This document shows, in pieces, positions 1 through 8,493 of a stretch of DNA of 54,902 bases. The DNA lies in IMG/VR virus record IMGVR_UViG_3300030372_004573, positions 1 to 54,902 of that record. One strand, 5' to 3'. The notes beneath the pieces are model-generated. The model did not search any database, was not told the origin of the DNA, and worked only from the letters and a program-made list of their open reading frames with translations. Made by a program: the position numbers and the translations under genes. Source of the DNA: a virus (lineage: Duplodnaviria; Caudoviricetes). Every line of letters begins with the position of its first letter. The first letter of the stretch is position 1.

Positions 1-126
1 TCTTTGATTGCCGTTACAATACCTTATGCTGAGGTTATTCAATGGGGCATCCAAGTAGTTGGTGGCCTGTTGGGTATTACAGTAGCTATTATCACGCTCT
101 ATAACCTGTTAAAAAGGAAAAAATGA
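1..126 (+). CDS. 5'-truncated small membrane protein (holin/antiholin candidate)
   Basis: Open frame from base 1 reads SLIAVTIPYAEVIQWGIQVVGGLLGITVAIITLYNLLKRKK*. Hydrophobic helix with a basic tail. Its stop overlaps the next ATG (ATGA). Confidence 0.55.
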   Translation, partial: SLIAVTIPYAEVIQWGIQVVGGLLGITVAIITLYNLLKRKK

Positions 127-287
127 ATAAAGAATCTATATTAGGAATAGTAAGGCACTTCCTCACGTTTGGGGGTGGTTTTATGACGCAGAATGGGATG
201 GCTTCAAACGACGAAGTTACTACAGGAGTATCTGCTGCTGTAACACTTTTAGGCGTTATTTGGTCTATAATGTCTAAAAAGAAGTGA
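123..287 (+). CDS. Putative holin, 54 aa (below the ORF-track cutoff)
   Basis: MNKESILGIVRHFLTFGGGFMTQNGMASNDEVTTGVSAAVTLLGVIWSIMSKKK has two hydrophobic segments and a basic C-terminus. It resembles small phage holins with an 'LGIVRHxLTFGGG' start and lies upstream of the endolysin. Confidence 0.75.
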   Translation: MNKESILGIVRHFLTFGGGFMTQNGMASNDEVTTGVSAAVTLLGVIWSIMSKKK

Positions 288-478
288 GGCATTTCTTGAG
301 GATAATAGTATTAGCGTTAGAGGCTTATGTGAATTATACTAGGTCTAAACAACGGAAATACGTTTATGGCCTTGAAGATGAAATTGACCGCCTTGCTGCT
401 GATGGTAGTCCTGCTGCCAAGTTGCGCCTTGAAAGACTTAGTGGGCGACTCAGCATTGAACGAAAGCGCAATATATGA
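284..478 (+). CDS. Putative i-spanin-like (Rz-like) protein
   Basis: GTG start overlapping the holin stop, short N-terminal hydrophobic stretch, then a helical charged segment. Overlaps a lipoprotein gene in another frame. Confidence 0.45.
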   Translation: MRHFLRIIVLALEAYVNYTRSKQRKYVYGLEDEIDRLAADGSPAAKLRLERLSGRLSIERKRNI

Positions 479-635
479 TCCGCCTACAATTACCCTAATC
501 CAAGGGTACGATTACCCCTTTAAAGAAGGTAATCTCATGGGGCGTGGGCAGAAGTTCCATAGTGATTATTCCTACAGACGTGCTATAATAATAGGAGATG
601 ATAGCAATCTGCGTAGGACACTCTCGACCAAATGA
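366..635 (+). CDS. Lipoprotein, putative o-spanin (Rz1-like)
   Basis: Signal peptide MKLTALLLMVVLLPS-C with a lipobox Cys (likely start 378). Lies in the lysis cassette and overlaps the upstream ORF. Confidence 0.6.
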   Translation: MALKMKLTALLLMVVLLPSCALKDLVGDSALNESAIYDPPTITLIQGYDYPFKEGNLMGRGQKFHSDYSYRRAIIIGDDSNLRRTLSTK

Positions 636-1152
636 TTCAGGTGCAGCTTCTGTAACTGGGGTCACTGAATGGGACTATAATTCCCAATTAGCTGATATGA
701 TTGGGGATAGGTTGAAGACTAAATATAAAATATATTCAACCTATAAAGGGAGTAGCTATTGGAGTTCCATGAAATGGCTAGCTAAAACTCTTCGTAATGA
801 TGCTGTTGAAGCAGCAGTTGAGTTACACTTTAATGCCGCTACTCCTTCTGCTACAGGACATGAGTGGCTATACTGGAAAACTTCTGAGAAGGGGAGGCTT
901 TTCGCTCGTGCTTTAAGAGATTCCTTTGAAGATTGTTTCCCTCAGTTACGGAGCAGGGGTATTAAACCCCGACAGAAAGGTAGCAGGGGAGCCGCTTTTC
1001 TTAGGTTAACTCACTGCCCAGCCATAATTGCAGAACCTTTTTTTGGTAGTAATAACGAGGATTGGGAACTTGCACTAAAAAGCATGGAAGGAATAGCTAC
1101 TTCAATAGCAGGAGGAATTGAATTATATAAAGATCTTTCTGAAAGGTGGTAG
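598..1152 (+). CDS. Endolysin, N-acetylmuramoyl-L-alanine amidase (Amidase_3 type)
   Basis: Zn-amidase motifs: VGH, E (VTEWDYN), ELHFNA, GHE, and catalytic E in AIIAEPFF. Confidence 0.92.
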   Translation: MIAICVGHSRPNDSGAASVTGVTEWDYNSQLADMIGDRLKTKYKIYSTYKGSSYWSSMKWLAKTLRNDAVEAAVELHFNAATPSATGHEWLYWKTSEKGRLFARALRDSFEDCFPQLRSRGIKPRQKGSRGAAFLRLTHCPAIIAEPFFGSNNEDWELALKSMEGIATSIAGGIELYKDLSERW

Positions 1153-1453
1153 TGTGGGTCTTCCAAAATCTATTGCTATTGCAGGACACCGAATAAAAGT
1201 AGAGGCTGTCCCTTTTGGAGATGACGACCCGCCATATGGTTTATATTTCCACGACAAAAAACTTATTCAAGTTAACAAGAAGATTAAAGGTAAGATCTTA
1301 TTAGATACAATAAGACACGAAATGATGGAAGCCAGTTTGCTATTAAGTGGCGTTGGTTGGCTAGAATCATATGAACAAGAATCTGTTGTTCGATGCATGG
1401 AAGAAATATTTTTTCCTGCATGGGAGACTTTTTTGAAAACATATAAAACATGA
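1118..1453 (+). CDS. Small zincin-like phage protein with an HExxE variant motif
   Basis: YGLY..I.V..LLDTIRHEMMEA resembles small phage HExxH proteins. The true start may be the GTG near 1154. Confidence 0.5.
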   Translation: MNYIKIFLKGGSVGLPKSIAIAGHRIKVEAVPFGDDDPPYGLYFHDKKLIQVNKKIKGKILLDTIRHEMMEASLLLSGVGWLESYEQESVVRCMEEIFFPAWETFLKTYKT

Positions 1454-1992
1454 AAAATTTTGTTGAAGAAGACTCAGAAACAAAAGGTAGACTTTTACGA
1501 TATAGGATAAAAGGAAAAGACATAGAAAAATCACAAGACATGTGTGATGATATGGGCGTTCTACCTAATTCTTTTACCCGTGGCATGGGAAGAATGGTTG
1601 GTTTTTTGGGGGAGATAGCCGTAAATAAATTTATACCAAGATCTAAATATGTAGGTAATAAAGTATTTAAATATGACCTTGTTAAGGGCAAGCATAAAAT
1701 AGAGGTTAAAAGCAAAACCTGTACAAGTAGTCCTAAAGAGCATTACGTAGCTTCTGTTAACGGGCCTAAAAATATTGATCCTGCTAACAATGTGTACTTC
1801 TTTACAAGAGTATCAAAAGATTTAAGATATGTTTGGATAGTAGGTTGGATATCTACAGAAGATTTTTTTAAACGATCTGTCTTTAAAAAGAAAAACGAAA
1901 CAGATGAAGAGGGGTTTGTATATAGGGTATCGGGGTACCACATAAAAATAAAAGATTTAGAATTACCTAAAACTTTCATTCATAAGGACTGA
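1450..1992 (+). CDS. PD-(D/E)xK restriction-endonuclease-fold protein
   Basis: Catalytic pattern GFLGEIAV...YDL...IEVKSK, followed by VYFFTRV..VWIVGW. Confidence 0.65.
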   Translation: MKNFVEEDSETKGRLLRYRIKGKDIEKSQDMCDDMGVLPNSFTRGMGRMVGFLGEIAVNKFIPRSKYVGNKVFKYDLVKGKHKIEVKSKTCTSSPKEHYVASVNGPKNIDPANNVYFFTRVSKDLRYVWIVGWISTEDFFKRSVFKKKNETDEEGFVYRVSGYHIKIKDLELPKTFIHKD

Positions 1993-2266
1993 GGTCTCCC
2001 AGTTCTTCAATAGTATATATGTAAGTAGGGGAGTTAGCCCCCATATAGCTTCCTGCTACATTAAACCAAAAATGCTCATCGGCTTCCTGTCTAGGCATGT
2101 CTTCTGCAAGTATATCTATGCATTTATTAACTGACATAACCGCTTTGATGGAATCACCATCAGCAGTTACTCCTACAAATGCTCTTTCAAAACCTTCAGG
2201 GTAAATAATTTCCTCATCAGGATAATTAAGCTCTATATAATTTAGAATTTGTTTCTCAGTCGTCAT
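1976..2266 (-). CDS. Conserved phage hypothetical protein
   Basis: GFERAFVGV...KCIDIL..EADEHFWFNVAGSYMG.NSP pattern recalled from aquatic phages. Co-oriented with the replication operon. Confidence 0.65.
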   Translation of the reverse strand: MTTEKQILNYIELNYPDEEIIYPEGFERAFVGVTADGDSIKAVMSVNKCIDILAEDMPRQEADEHFWFNVAGSYMGANSPTYIYTIEELGDLSPYE

Positions 2267-4424
2267 CGAGCATACCTTTACCTAAATCATACTTAGAATC
2301 AAGATCAATTGACCACAATTTTCCTCCCCCTTTTCCTTGAGACCTTACAGACCTAATATTTTTATTATTAAATGAGGCCTCCTCTAAAGAGTGCATACCT
2401 CTTCTAAGTAGTTCTTGGTTATGTGATAGCCCAATATGCCTCCCGTCATTAAGACTTAAAATTAAAGATTGGAGCTCTGTTAATGTCCCGTGCCAAGCTT
2501 GTGTATTATCTACATCTAAAGCACTTCTAGCGTGTTTGCAGAACCAATCAATTAGCTCTGCTATAGAACTTCTACTTGAGTTATCGTAAGCGGCATCCGC
2601 TATTAAGGGGTCTATGTACCCCTTAATTCCATACCGTTCCGACCCCTTTAATCTTGGAGGTATGGACATCTCAATAAGCTCTCTTAACAAATAGGGCATT
2701 TCATCCCTAATTTTAGCCTCTAATACTTCATTAGGAGGGAAATTGCTAGTAGCGTTTTTGCTAACTAATAAAGCCATAATTTTATCTGAATTACTTGAAT
2801 CTAAAGCAGGTATAACAGACAGGCTATTTGCATCTAAATTCGCTGACATTATGATCCTACCAGTCCAAGGAACAGTAACTGGGTCACAATACTTAGCATT
2901 ATATTCAATCTTTGGATTAGCTACTATCCTTTTGTTAATTTCAGTAGCCTTCCTTTGGTCTTGAAAAGAAGCAGCACTTAATGTGTCATCAACAACCCAT
3001 ATTGCTTTAGCAGCTAACTCCTTATTAAAGGTAGTATTACCTGCTATATAGTCACTAGCGTCTGCAAAACCCCCCATAGAGTCAGCTATGAATTTATTTG
3101 ATAAAAGAGTTTTGCCCTTATTAGTTTGACCTACAATAATAAAACACTGCCCTTGGGCTTTTGTTTTGTTTAAAATAGACAGGTAGGCTCTTTGCCACCA
3201 AGCAAAAAAATTATCAATCCCATTATCAAAAAGTTGTTCTAAGAAGTTTAAGGAAAATGCACACTTAGAGGGATCTCTTGTTTCTGAAGGTAAAACAGGG
3301 CTAAGACTATTACTATTTAATATTTTATTAGAGTTATACCTGACAACTCTTTCTTCATTCCAAAGACAAGGAGCTACCTCTGTAACCCTGTTGTGTTTTG
3401 CTATAGCAAGTTTAGCGGCCTCTACCTCATTTAAAGCTTTTCCTTTTGTGTTCTTTAAAGAAAATCCTCTATTTCTAAGTTCTAAATGTAAAAGATTCTC
3501 AGGTATAGTTACTGGAAACCCCTCATCGAGAGTGTAATAATTTTTACCATTAAACCAAAACTCGTCATATAAAACGCCAAATTTTTGGGACTCATACTCT
3601 TTAACAAACTTCTTCCCAAATAAATCTACCCAGCTAACAAAAGCTTTTTCCGCTCTTGTTGAGTAACACACAAGGCCATCTTCAGTAACTTGACAACCTT
3701 CTGATGCCTTAAAAGGCTCAACCCAAAACAAAGGCCCACGAGATCCTACTTGAAAATCTCCTGTCCATTTGTTTGGATATTCTTTTTGTATCTGATCGTA
3801 TATTTTTTCTAAAGGTATTGAAGTCTCTCCTGAAGAAGGGGCATTTTTTAAACCACAATCAAACAATACAGACTGGTAAACATTAGCTTCCACAGGCTTC
3901 CCTACTTTTTTCCAGTCCCACCCAAAGTGAAATGTTTGAGAAGCTTTATATGAACAATTATCAAAACCTGCAAAGTGTCTTTCTGCACCAATACGTTCTG
4001 CAAACTTTTTCATAAAAGCTTCATACATAGGAGCAGGTATAAAAATAGGTTCCTCAAAAGGAAAAACTGTTCTAATATAATTAGAATAAGTTTTGCTTAT
4101 GTACATAGGGCATACATACTTTTCATCAATTGCCTGTAAAAGCTCAGGCATTACTTCCCATTCAGCAGGAGCATCATAATCAAAAACAGCTCCATAAACT
4201 TTAAGTACTTCGTTAGTTTTACTAATCCTTTCAGTAGGACTGTCCCCTTCAGCCAAAGTATAAAAAACAGATTCAGTCTTAGGAGAGGCCTCCCACTCTT
4301 TAAATTTTTGTTTGGTAGGAAATTTCTTTTTCGTGTCTTCATACGAAAGACCCGTCTCAACATTAAGAGGGTCTTTAAATGTATGAGTGTCCTTAGAGGT
4401 ATGGTTTTTTATATATCTAAACAT
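2256..4424 (-). CDS. Primase-helicase (N-terminal primase-like domain plus SF3/D5-like P-loop NTPase)
   Basis: Walker A GQTNKGKT, Walker B IWVVDD and sensor IIMSAN. N-terminal FDYD motif. Adjacent to the DNA polymerase. Confidence 0.75.
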   Translation of the reverse strand: MFRYIKNHTSKDTHTFKDPLNVETGLSYEDTKKKFPTKQKFKEWEASPKTESVFYTLAEGDSPTERISKTNEVLKVYGAVFDYDAPAEWEVMPELLQAIDEKYVCPMYISKTYSNYIRTVFPFEEPIFIPAPMYEAFMKKFAERIGAERHFAGFDNCSYKASQTFHFGWDWKKVGKPVEANVYQSVLFDCGLKNAPSSGETSIPLEKIYDQIQKEYPNKWTGDFQVGSRGPLFWVEPFKASEGCQVTEDGLVCYSTRAEKAFVSWVDLFGKKFVKEYESQKFGVLYDEFWFNGKNYYTLDEGFPVTIPENLLHLELRNRGFSLKNTKGKALNEVEAAKLAIAKHNRVTEVAPCLWNEERVVRYNSNKILNSNSLSPVLPSETRDPSKCAFSLNFLEQLFDNGIDNFFAWWQRAYLSILNKTKAQGQCFIIVGQTNKGKTLLSNKFIADSMGGFADASDYIAGNTTFNKELAAKAIWVVDDTLSAASFQDQRKATEINKRIVANPKIEYNAKYCDPVTVPWTGRIIMSANLDANSLSVIPALDSSNSDKIMALLVSKNATSNFPPNEVLEAKIRDEMPYLLRELIEMSIPPRLKGSERYGIKGYIDPLIADAAYDNSSRSSIAELIDWFCKHARSALDVDNTQAWHGTLTELQSLILSLNDGRHIGLSHNQELLRRGMHSLEEASFNNKNIRSVRSQGKGGGKLWSIDLDSKYDLGKGMLDDD

Positions 4425-4425
4425 C

Positions 4426-6192
4426 TTACTTGTCGTATCTTTCTAATATTTGACCTTCAGCATCTAAGGGAATGTCAGAGATCCATGAAGGAGGGGTTTT
4501 CATTATAGAGATAACCTTGTCTAAGGTTTCCTCTGCGTCAGCTTCGTCACATTCAATTACTACTTCGTCATGTACGTGGCAAATTATTTTAATCCCTTCT
4601 GCTTCCATACGAAGCATAGAATCACAAAAGATATCTCTAGCAAGTGCTTGAGAAGCATTCTCAGCAAGGAGACCCCCATAGAGTTTCATTAATCTTCTAG
4701 CGGAGTTCCTAACTACCAAGCCATAGTACTCATGGTATATTTCTTTTTTAATATGAGATATTAAGCCGTAGTTTAAGCTTCTCCCAGAGGGTAACTTTAT
4801 TTTAAAAGGCTGTTCGGCTCTTTCCGAAGAACGCAGGTTGACATTAAGAGAACTCCAATATTTTACAATCTTACTCATCTTTTCACGGTACAGATCTACG
4901 GCCTCTTTTGAGTCCTCTAAAGACAACCCTGAAACATCAGAAAACTTTTTATGACCTACTCCGTACCCACACCCTAAAACCATTGCTTTAACTTTGTGCC
5001 TTAGAGAAGAATCTGCTTTTTTTAAACTTTCCTTAGAGTTCTTATCCCATAAACCAAACTGGACAGCAAACGCTTCATAAATATCATTAGACTCTTTTAT
5101 TACTTCTAGAGATTTTTTATCCTCTGCAAGCCAACACAAGGTTCTAACTTCAATTTGAGATAGGTCTGCTACTATAATCTTTTTACCCTCCTCAGCTTTT
5201 ATTAAATGCCTTAGGTTACACCCAAACATTTCGCCTCTAGGTAAATTTTGTAAGTTTAAATTACCCCCCGACCCACTAAACCTACCTGTAACAGAAGCCC
5301 CAAAATACATTATGTTCCCGTAGAACCTAAGATCAGAGTACGTAGCATTTTCAAAACTTTCTATCTTCCTCTTCACGGAGTTCACTCTTCTATAGTTCCT
5401 AACAGATTGAATCCATACATATTCTTTACCGTTCTTTTTAATCCACTCGTTAGCTTCTTTGTTAGTTAAAGCCAAACTTTTTGGAGGTTCCACCCCTGCT
5501 TTTCTACACTCAGCATTAAACGCTTTTCTTGATAAAATAGGGGCTTTGTCTATCCAAGGAATAGTGTTCTCTGTTTCAAATAAAAGCACATTTATTTTTT
5601 CTTTTTGTTTTTGTAATAGCTCAACATCTATAGGTAAACCCCCTTGAGAAGACTCTCTATTCATCCTACTAATTTCTCTTTCCCTTTCAGGCCAAAGGGG
5701 GGATAACTGTTGCCATAATTGTAAACAATACTCACTGTCTTTAGTGGCGTAGTCTAAAACTTCCTCTTTAAAAGCCTCATCCATCTTACTCCACTCCTTA
5801 CCCTTCATGGCATCTCTAGTTTCCTTACTTAAAGAAATATCTAAAACTTCTTCTGATGCTTTTTTTAAAGATCGAGGATGCCCACAATAAACAGACATAT
5901 CTGCGGTGCAGTGCCACTCTTTGTAATTAACGGGGAGCCACCATTGTTTCCTGACCCCAAACAGGTAAAGGCTTTGATCAAAAGAAGCATTATGAGAAAG
6001 TACTATGTTCCCTTCTAAAATAGACCAGTCAAACTTCTTGGGGTCTCCTACAAATTCATACCCATTATCCCCTACCACGCTAACAAGGTAAGGGTCAAAA
6101 TCAGGGTGGGAAAAATACCCAACAGGCCCAAGCACTCTAATAGAGCAGTGCTTGTCATAATATGATTCGAAATCTAGGGCGTAAGTAATCAT
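4426..6192 (-). CDS. polA: DNA polymerase family A with 3'-5' exonuclease domain
   Basis: Exo motifs DFE, HNASFD and YATKD. Polymerase motifs TGRFSG, NLQNLP, A (ADLSQIEVR), B (RHKVKAMVLGCGYG) and C (HVHDEVV). Confidence 0.95.
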   Translation of the reverse strand: MITYALDFESYYDKHCSIRVLGPVGYFSHPDFDPYLVSVVGDNGYEFVGDPKKFDWSILEGNIVLSHNASFDQSLYLFGVRKQWWLPVNYKEWHCTADMSVYCGHPRSLKKASEEVLDISLSKETRDAMKGKEWSKMDEAFKEEVLDYATKDSEYCLQLWQQLSPLWPEREREISRMNRESSQGGLPIDVELLQKQKEKINVLLFETENTIPWIDKAPILSRKAFNAECRKAGVEPPKSLALTNKEANEWIKKNGKEYVWIQSVRNYRRVNSVKRKIESFENATYSDLRFYGNIMYFGASVTGRFSGSGGNLNLQNLPRGEMFGCNLRHLIKAEEGKKIIVADLSQIEVRTLCWLAEDKKSLEVIKESNDIYEAFAVQFGLWDKNSKESLKKADSSLRHKVKAMVLGCGYGVGHKKFSDVSGLSLEDSKEAVDLYREKMSKIVKYWSSLNVNLRSSERAEQPFKIKLPSGRSLNYGLISHIKKEIYHEYYGLVVRNSARRLMKLYGGLLAENASQALARDIFCDSMLRMEAEGIKIICHVHDEVVIECDEADAEETLDKVISIMKTPPSWISDIPLDAEGQILERYDK

Positions 6193-6212
6193 TGAATAAT
6201 ATGGGAAGGAGT

Positions 6213-6293
6213 AGCCCTGATGGCCCCTCGACCATCAAGGCTTTGTGCAAGGGGAGACCTCCTACAAACTCCCCTTACTTGCTGACATAGCAA
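6213..6293 (-). promoter_or_regulatory. Three consecutive hairpins in the leader upstream of polA
   Basis: Inverted repeats at 6213-6242 (11-bp stem with one G-U on the - strand), 6249-6276 (AAGGGGAG/CTCCCCTT) and 6279-6293 (TTGCT/AGCAA). Confidence 0.5.
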
Positions 6294-6295
6294 AC

Positions 6296-6640
6296 TTATT
6301 CTTCGGTATTCCCCTCCGAATTATTTGACTCCTCTTTTAGGGTTGCGGTGCTAACTTTATCATCAACCGTCCAAGTTGCTGTGTTGGTAGTTGAAACAAA
6401 GTCCCCTTCTTTCTTTATAGTTTCACTAAAGAAATTGATCAGACAATCAATTTTCATTTGCTCTTGCTGTAATAAAGCAGTTTTAGTTACTAGGTCTTTT
6501 TTAATCTCCACCAAACTTTTTTGATGGTCTAATATAACTTGTTTATATTGATTTGGTATTTCAATACGGTCAGAGTCCGTAGTAAATGTTTTACTGTCTA
6601 CAGTATCCATCTCTTTAATTTTATCTTCTAATTCACTCAT
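6296..6640 (-). CDS. Hypothetical coiled-coil protein
   Basis: 114-aa ORF tightly packed in the replication operon. Confidence 0.65.
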   Translation of the reverse strand: MSELEDKIKEMDTVDSKTFTTDSDRIEIPNQYKQVILDHQKSLVEIKKDLVTKTALLQQEQMKIDCLINFFSETIKKEGDFVSTTNTATWTVDDKVSTATLKEESNNSEGNTEE

Positions 6641-6644
6641 GATT

Positions 6645-7316
6645 TTAGCTTCCTAAAAGTTGACTAAAGGTTACTGCTTCTTGGGGAGCATTTTCACTTG
6701 TTGGTTTAAGTGTTGGCACAAACCAACTATGCTGACCTTTTGTGATAAGTTCAGTTCCAAAAGACCATACTTTTTGGCTTATTGGTAAAGAACTATTAAA
6801 CAACTGAAACGTGTTAAGTTTTTTATAAGTAAACTTATACCCGTCTTTGCTTACGTTAATTACTCCAAGTGCATAGTTCTCATCCCCAATTGGGTACTGA
6901 TAAATGTCATTGTCATCATCAACATTTTCTGGCTGAGGCATTAAAAAAGTAATGTCTGCAAATACAACCATCTTGCCATATTCGGTATCACTTTCTATTT
7001 CCGCTCTTTCAGCTTCGCTCCATGCGAGTCTAGGCATTTCATCATTACCAAACGGAACATTTTCTCTCCATCCCTTTTTCGTGTGCCCAATGATAACATT
7101 AATTCTTTCGTCTTTCTCGAAAAGAACGTCCGACTTATCAATAACTACCCCACCTACTGGGCCTTCAATACTACTCATCTTTTGGATGACATTTAATCTA
7201 GGGATATCTACATCCTCTAGTGAAACTACAAACCCACTGTTATTAGGTTGGCCTGTAGTAATTTCTGCGTTTTCTGTTTTTACTATTTTTTCTTTTTTAT
7301 CTTTAACTGCGCTCAT
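6645..7316 (-). CDS. Putative ssDNA-binding/annealing protein
   Basis: DIPRLNVIQKMS N-terminus, beta-rich acidic body and C-terminal SWFVP. Sits between the Cas4-like nuclease and PolA, the usual SSB slot. Confidence 0.5.
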   Translation of the reverse strand: MSAVKDKKEKIVKTENAEITTGQPNNSGFVVSLEDVDIPRLNVIQKMSSIEGPVGGVVIDKSDVLFEKDERINVIIGHTKKGWRENVPFGNDEMPRLAWSEAERAEIESDTEYGKMVVFADITFLMPQPENVDDDNDIYQYPIGDENYALGVINVSKDGYKFTYKKLNTFQLFNSSLPISQKVWSFGTELITKGQHSWFVPTLKPTSENAPQEAVTFSQLLGS

Positions 7317-7368
7317 ATTTAATGATTAATATTTTATATTTATGTTTTAGTTTTTTGGTTACCCAAAA

Positions 7369-8493
7369 TTATTTTTCTGATAAAGTGTACCTTTTTTCAG
7401 AGTAATTGATTATATCTTGTTCTTCTAACTCAGCAAGAAAATCTTGGGCTGCCTGCCCTTTTTCTCCTTCAGGAGCTTTTTTACTTACTTCTTTTGCTAT
7501 AGATCCTAAAGGCATTCGGACAGTATCGATTATTTCTTGAGGAGATAAACTATATTTTTCTGCAATTTCGATTAATTTTTTGTTATCTGAACAAGATCTC
7601 GTAGACCCCATTGATTTTAATCGAAGGGTAGGGAACTCATTTCCTGCCTTAGCCACTTCGACTGCCTTAGATTTTATACGGGTAGCCCAGTTACTAACTA
7701 TTTTAGCTACAACCCAAAGTTGTTCTAAAACTTCAGGGTCATCAGGATTAGATATGTCTATTCCCTCTTCAGGTAACATAGACAACCTTTGAGCAACTTT
7801 GATCGCTATAGCTCCGCAGGCGGGGCATCTGTCCTCAAACATGCAAAACCTGCAATTGACTGAAGGAGAAAGCTCCTCTAGTTCAGGGGCTCCTGTGTCC
7901 CATTTAGGGCGTATTTCTTCTCCTTTAAGGATTACATCTTTTAGTTGTTTTGTAAGCCCCTCAATGTCATCTCTAGTAAAAGTTTCGTGGAGAACTTCAT
8001 TTCGTACAGGTATGTAAAAAACAAATATTATTTCTTCTACTTCAGGAAAAGCTTGAAACGCCCCTAAAGTATATGCCTTTGCTTGCCAATTACTTCGTGG
8101 GGAGTCTATAACAGATATACCTGTTTTGTAGTCGGCCATTATGGCCTTATCCCCCCTAACTAAAAACCTATCACAGGTACCCCACGTAGCTGTCGGGCCT
8201 AAGTCAACAGTGACTTGAATCTCGTTCATCTCTTCAAACTCAGATTCCCCAAAAATACTTTTATTAAATTCGTCTTCGTCTTTTACTATTTGCTCATATA
8301 TTTCTAACTCTTCTTCATCGTGTAGTGCAGACGGGTCTCTTATCTCTAAGGCTTCGTGGATTCTAGTTCCTTTCTCAGCAGCAGCGTTTGTACCTGAAGT
8401 GCTTTTATACCCTGCACACCCTGCTACGTACTTTAAACTTGAGGGACTAAACTCTGCGTGTCCTCTACTGGTGTGGTCTGGTGTTTCAGTCAT
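7369..8493 (-). CDS. Cas4-like/DUF2800-type PD-(D/E)xK exonuclease
   Basis: HAEFSPSS..C, AAEKGTRIHE, GTCD, DYKTG, QxxxY (WQAKAY) and a CRFC..(5)C Fe-S-type Cys cluster. Confidence 0.85.
   Translation of the reverse strand: MTETPDHTSRGHAEFSPSSLKYVAGCAGYKSTSGTNAAAEKGTRIHEALEIRDPSALHDEEELEIYEQIVKDEDEFNKSIFGESEFEEMNEIQVTVDLGPTATWGTCDRFLVRGDKAIMADYKTGISVIDSPRSNWQAKAYTLGAFQAFPEVEEIIFVFYIPVRNEVLHETFTRDDIEGLTKQLKDVILKGEEIRPKWDTGAPELEELSPSVNCRFCMFEDRCPACGAIAIKVAQRLSMLPEEGIDISNPDDPEVLEQLWVVAKIVSNWATRIKSKAVEVAKAGNEFPTLRLKSMGSTRSCSDNKKLIEIAEKYSLSPQEIIDTVRMPLGSIAKEVSKKAPEGEKGQAAQDFLAELEEQDIINYSEKRYTLSEK

Noticed and set aside
92-292. 66-aa minus-strand ORF in the track
   Set aside because: Antisense shadow of the better-supported holin at 123-287.
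7369-8493. Cas4-like nuclease as a sign of a CRISPR-Cas system
   Set aside because: No other cas genes and no repeat-spacer array. It sits in a standard phage replication module.
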